The notes beneath the pieces were generated by a model. That model saw only the letters and a program-made list of their open reading frames with translations. It did no database searches and was not told the origin of the DNA. The translations under genes and the position numbers were made by a program. A DNA stretch of 63,041 nucleotides, filler included, from Sphacelaria rigidula (Eukaryota), in NCBI GenBank assembly GCA_964200075.2. It is 9 parts of 9 records of this genome, joined end to end, with 100 filler letters (N's around TTAATTAATTAA, not from the genome) between each part and the next. Parts side by side here need not be neighbours in the genome. Positions count along the whole stretch, not along the records: positions 56,127 to 63,041 come from CAXNAA020017426.1; 8 more parts are not named here. The stretch is one strand, 5' to 3'. The number at the start of each line of letters is the position of its first letter. Positions within the stretch are counted from its first letter, which is position 1. Positions 58,929 to 63,041 of this stretch are shown piece by piece.

Positions 58929-61310
58929 CGAGCTGGTCCAGCCTAGACGCGGGCTCAAGCTCTCAGAGCAAGATTTCATCTACATGGATGAGTTGAGCCA
59001 TGATCCGCATATATATCGTAATAATTGCCTAATCAAGGGGAAAACGCCCATGTGCTCAACAGTGTGGTTTCGTTGATTAAACGCCATGTCTAGCGATCGC
59101 TATACATACCGTGCGGAGATACGGTTGCGTTAATACTCAAGAATGTAGCTATATGGCACCCCGGGCGATATATACAGCGGATGATTACTATTTTTGGCGC
59201 GGACCGGGGAAATAATCAATGTGCTCACCCTCGCCTAATTCTTCATCTATAGTAGTAGTCAGCATCATCAGAAGTTTTTAGAATTCGTAGTTCTTGCACT
59301 TCTTGAGTTTTTCTCGAGTATTTTTCTTCATTATGACTTGAAAGTGCTAGCGCCAGTAAATGTAGAGGCAAGCGTAGGCCGCGCTCAAACTGCAGTGCCC
59401 AAGTTGGCGTTTTTGGGGCGATACGGACTAGATACCCCGTTTATTTATCAGGAGGGTGTTGTTGACCGTTTTGGGTCTAATGACAATAGTTTTCCGGCTC
59501 TTCCGCAACAAAACGGCAATATTTCAAGTGAATGAATACGTATACAATTCTCCACCATAACGATGGAGATCGTGTTTCCCTCCTATACTGCACAGACCTC
59601 CGTCAAGCATTTTCTGCGGATGGCCTCTTTTCGGGGTTTTTTCGCATAGCCTTTCCATAAGCACTCGAAAGTGCTAGCGTCGATGGATTCGGCAAAATAA
59701 GCAGACCTTGCTCAAATCACAATGCCCAAGTTGGTGTTGTGGCGGCGATACGGAGTAAAGACTCCCTTTATTAGAAGGGTGCTATTGACCGTGAATGCTG
59801 CAAAAAACATAGTTTTCCGGCTTTAGCGCAGTGAATAGGTGGAATTATCATATTTGCGTCTTCACTTACATAATCGGGATCGAGTCGGTCCACCGAAAAT
59901 ACCGAAAAGCTAGAACTTGGGGTTGCACTTGCGCAGGACCCTCGAAGATCAGTCAAGCCCGTAAGTCACTCAAATTTAAATCGCCGATAATTTTTCTCTC
60001 GATATTTGTCAATGAGATACAAATATCTCCAGATAGATGCCCATTTTTTGGCATCCAACAATCACTGTGGAGCAATGCTACGGTAGGGGTGCATTTTTTT
60101 CGCGAAATTATGTCTAGTTCAGGGGCTCCTAACGATTCTAGATGCACGAAAATATGGGTCAGAGCATCCCCGTTTTCATATTCATTCGGTGTATCCCCAG
60201 CACATTGGAGTAGTAATCCTGGCCTACTTTCACATATTTTCATAGTTCGTGTTTTACATGGGATAAAGGGCTTCTAACAATTCTAACCTCAGGAAATATG
60301 TGTGCACCCCTGCCGTTGCATCACTCTGTGATGAGCTGTGGCAAGCGAGACAATTTTGGAAAATCTTCGAGAAACTAACGAATGATGAATTCTGCATACT
60401 TCTGACGCTGACTACTGTATCTCGAGATATGGCGTATACAATATTCCGTACTAAAACCAATGTATTACAAGCAGAGGCCCTAAATAAATGCAGCTAATCT
60501 GGATTTTTTTGCGTCTTATTTTGGAGAGGTGTGCGTTGAAAATTGGTGTGGATAATCTCAGGGCATACAAATAAAAAAAAAATCAACGTTGTATATTCTT
60601 GTTCATTTCTATGTATGTTTTTCGTTGTTAGGGGCGTTTTGAGGGGGAAATGGACATTTTTCTTGGTCCTTATCTCAGTTTTTCAGCTCCGTTCTTAGAA
60701 TTATGATTTGAAACTTAGCATGGGGTACCAAAGGCATGCCGAAAAAACAAGAACGTGGGCCTTCATTTTTTTTAGAGATGTAAGGGCGTTCTCGTGAATT
60801 AAAGCATTTACTGTACTAATCCGTCCTTAATTCATGGAGGGGGGGAAAGAAAACAGCATGTCTCATTATATGCGGTTTATTATCACCAAATCGGATTTCA
60901 AAGCATAAGTACCGAACCTGGGCTGGTAAGCGGCCTATAAAATACTGTTCCGATTTTCGACCGGCTCGGTTTCTTCATCACTCGGCCTCACCTCAATATA
61001 TGAGAGTTGGACTATCAAATTTGGTACGGAGAGTGATCGGGAATGATGAGAAAATGTTCTGCGATTTTTCCTTGTAATTTTCATGAGTAAACGGAATTTT
61101 ACTGAAAACAGTTTTGAGTGAAATGCCGTGGTTTTCGATAAAATACCGAGAAAGACTCATGAAAAAATGAAATAAATTTCATTTTCCACAGTTCTTTTTT
61201 TATCATGCCCTATTCATTCTCCGTACCAAATTTGAAATTTAAACTCTCAAAACCGAGGTGTGAGACGGGGCCTGGAAAACTTATATTCGCGCCCAGGCTA
61301 GACAACCTCG
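58929..61310. mobile_element. Older copy of the CGAGCTGGGCCAGC-TIR transposon, carrying a nested element
   Basis: Collinear with 44073-45246 at both ends (CGAGCTGGTCCAGCCTAG...; GGTAAG.G.CCT..AAAATACTGTTCCGATTTTC; ...AGGCTAGACAACCTCG). Length minus insert is ~1.2 kb. Confidence 0.8.
59250..60417. mobile_element. Nested non-autonomous TIR element (CAGTAGTCAGC... TIR, TA TSD), relative of 28105-28653; internal ~330-bp direct duplication
   Basis: TA|TAGTAGTAGTCAGCATCA...TGACGCTGACTACTG|TA. Joined flanks CCTAATTCTTCATC-TA-TCTCGAGATATGGCG match the empty site at ~44373-44403. Confidence 0.82.
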
Positions 61311-61574
61311 CAAGGAACGCGACTCCGCCAAATTTGCCGAGGTGGTGTACAGATAGATGTTCGACGTCCCTCCTTGCTTTTGTCTGCATGTGCTCCTCCC
61401 TGACTCCGTAAGAAGTTTGGCTCGCCTCGCCCCGTTTTCAACTTCATACAGAGATAATTGCGACTGCCGGTGAAGTCCTAGGGCTTACAATCCCCATTTT
61501 GACAGAGAGCTTCTGTACTGGAACGGGCGAACGTCATTTGCTTGGTAACGGTTTAAATGGTCACGGTAATCCCG

Positions 61575-62035
61575 ATTTATCATCGTCACCATTCAACACG
61601 GGATTTTCCAAGTTGGGGAAGGGTTTGTTTTCGAGGATGAGCCTCAGGAGCCTATGTAGGCATCAACATATTTTCGAAAAATAAATGCAAATTCACTGTC
61701 CGGCCATGACGTGTGTCCTCGCTCATCCTAAAAATACTCATCCGCAACTTGAGAAATCTCGGGATAATACTGAACAACTTCGACATCCGTTCATTCCCGT
61801 ACAAAACGCCTGTTGTTCCTATTTGTCAGCATCCCCTGGTAACACGGGATCTTACAAATTGCGGGTGGGTTCTTCTCTCAGGGTGAGCAATACCACATAT
61901 CACAGCCGGAAAGTGCGTAACATGTTTTCGAACATGTCTTGATGCATATGGATTTTCCCTAGACTCATCCTCAACAACAAGATCCACCCGTATTTGTAAA
62001 ATCCCGTGTTATATGATGGAGGGGTGCGATAACGG
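61575..62035. repeat. ~460-bp diverged foldback
   Basis: AACACGGGATTTT...GAGGATGAG...GCATCAA.A.AT.TTCGAAAA...TCCGGC mirrored about ~61800. Confidence 0.75.
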
Positions 62036-62732
62036 GCGAATACGAGAGTGTTGCAGGTTGTGTGGGCGGTGTATTTAGTCGGAGCACTCAACACACTACC
62101 ACTGTCGCAGGCCTGTCATGAACGCCTTCCGTTATTACCGGTGTGGGCAAGCTTAGATGTAAGTTGTGGTTGTTGCTTCTTGTATCTCTTGTCTAAGGTT
62201 TCGCAGGAAATGGTTTGGGGTGAGGATCGTCTACAACCACGACCATGACGTAATGCCAAGCCAACCAACAGCAGCATGTAGGTGATTCCAACAATTAGGT
62301 ATTCAACGCGTGTTTGAGGCGTACCGTGTGCAGCGACACAGGGATTGAGAGAGGGGAAACAGAGGGGAAGGAAATGTAAACGGAATAAAAATTGCCTCTC
62401 TTTCCACCCTCCGATGGGGAGGAGGGAAGGGAGGTAGGGGACGTAGACGTGTGGGACACCCCTCGTCTTGCACCCTTGCCTCACTCCAAAATTGCGCGAA
62501 CAGCAGCGAGTACAAGGCGAGCTACAACCATGCGCCATCGCGTTGATCTTGCTTCTGCACGGCACACTCACGATAATATACCAGTCGTGCTGCTGGACAA
62601 TAAAAAATAAATTACTTCCGGATGGAACGCTACTGTCACCGGCGCAACCAAACGCTCGTTATTCGTCAATACCACCACCAGCCGTCGAACGTCACTAGCC
62701 GCCCGATACTTGCTCGCCCTTTGCCTCGGCAG

Positions 62733-62946
62733 GAAAGAGTTAGATGAGCACACCCGCTCAGTGATGGCCCGGAAGTTGCCGCCGAAGAGAGTGTTCAAGA
62801 TGCCGAACAACATCTACGATACCTCGATACTGTACGACGAACACGAGGACGGATTTTTGCGGGAGGGACCAGCAAGACTCCTTGGCATGACTCCCGGCCC
62901 CGACGGATCATGGACTCGCGAACCACTTGACGACGAAGAGGCATAT
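62733..62946 (+). CDS. Probable internal exon, unknown protein
   Basis: CCCTTTGCCTCGGCAG acceptor, GTGAGT donor, stop-free GC3-rich frame KELDEHTRSVMARKLPPKRVFKMPNNIYDTSILYDEHEDGFLREGPARLLGMTPGPDGSWTREPLDDEEAY. Confidence 0.55.
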
Positions 62947-63041
62947 GTGAGTATTCTCGACTTGGGCTCTGGTTATGATTGATTGATTGATTGATTGATT
63001 GTCGCACTTTAACTGACCCCCTAGGGGTCCGGCCGTGGTCT

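Noticed and set aside
59771..60497. Possible transposase inside the nested TIR element
   Set aside because: Short ORFs on both strands with no DDE motif, and frames are not conserved in the homologue at 28105-28653.

Overview
This is not one locus. The window is nine unrelated short contigs of 6915-6916 bp (1-6916, 7017-13932, 14033-20948, 21049-27964, 28065-34980, 35081-41996, 42097-49011, 49112-56026, 56127-63041). They are joined by artificial 100-bp spacers (N44-TTAATTAATTAA-N44). The DNA is eukaryotic: spliceosomal GT-AG introns, short exons, and many repeats. The SINE/LINE families look like brown-algal (Phaeophyceae) repeats to me, but that is recollection and is unverified. The one clearly recognisable gene is a spliced cellular RNA-dependent RNA polymerase (RDR/QDE-1 type) in contig 8, with five in-frame exons, an antisense LINE upstream and a ~410-bp foldback in one intron. 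Two further multi-exon genes of unknown function are partly visible (contigs 5 and 6). The rest is mobile DNA: two deletion derivatives of one Ty3/Gypsy LTR family, LINE fragments with C-rich tails, a tRNA-derived SINE, several MITE families with TIRs and TSDs (some nested and supported by empty-site paralogues), and about a dozen long foldbacks. I found no prokaryotic genes, CRISPR array or rRNA, and no convincing new biological system. The leads below are modest.
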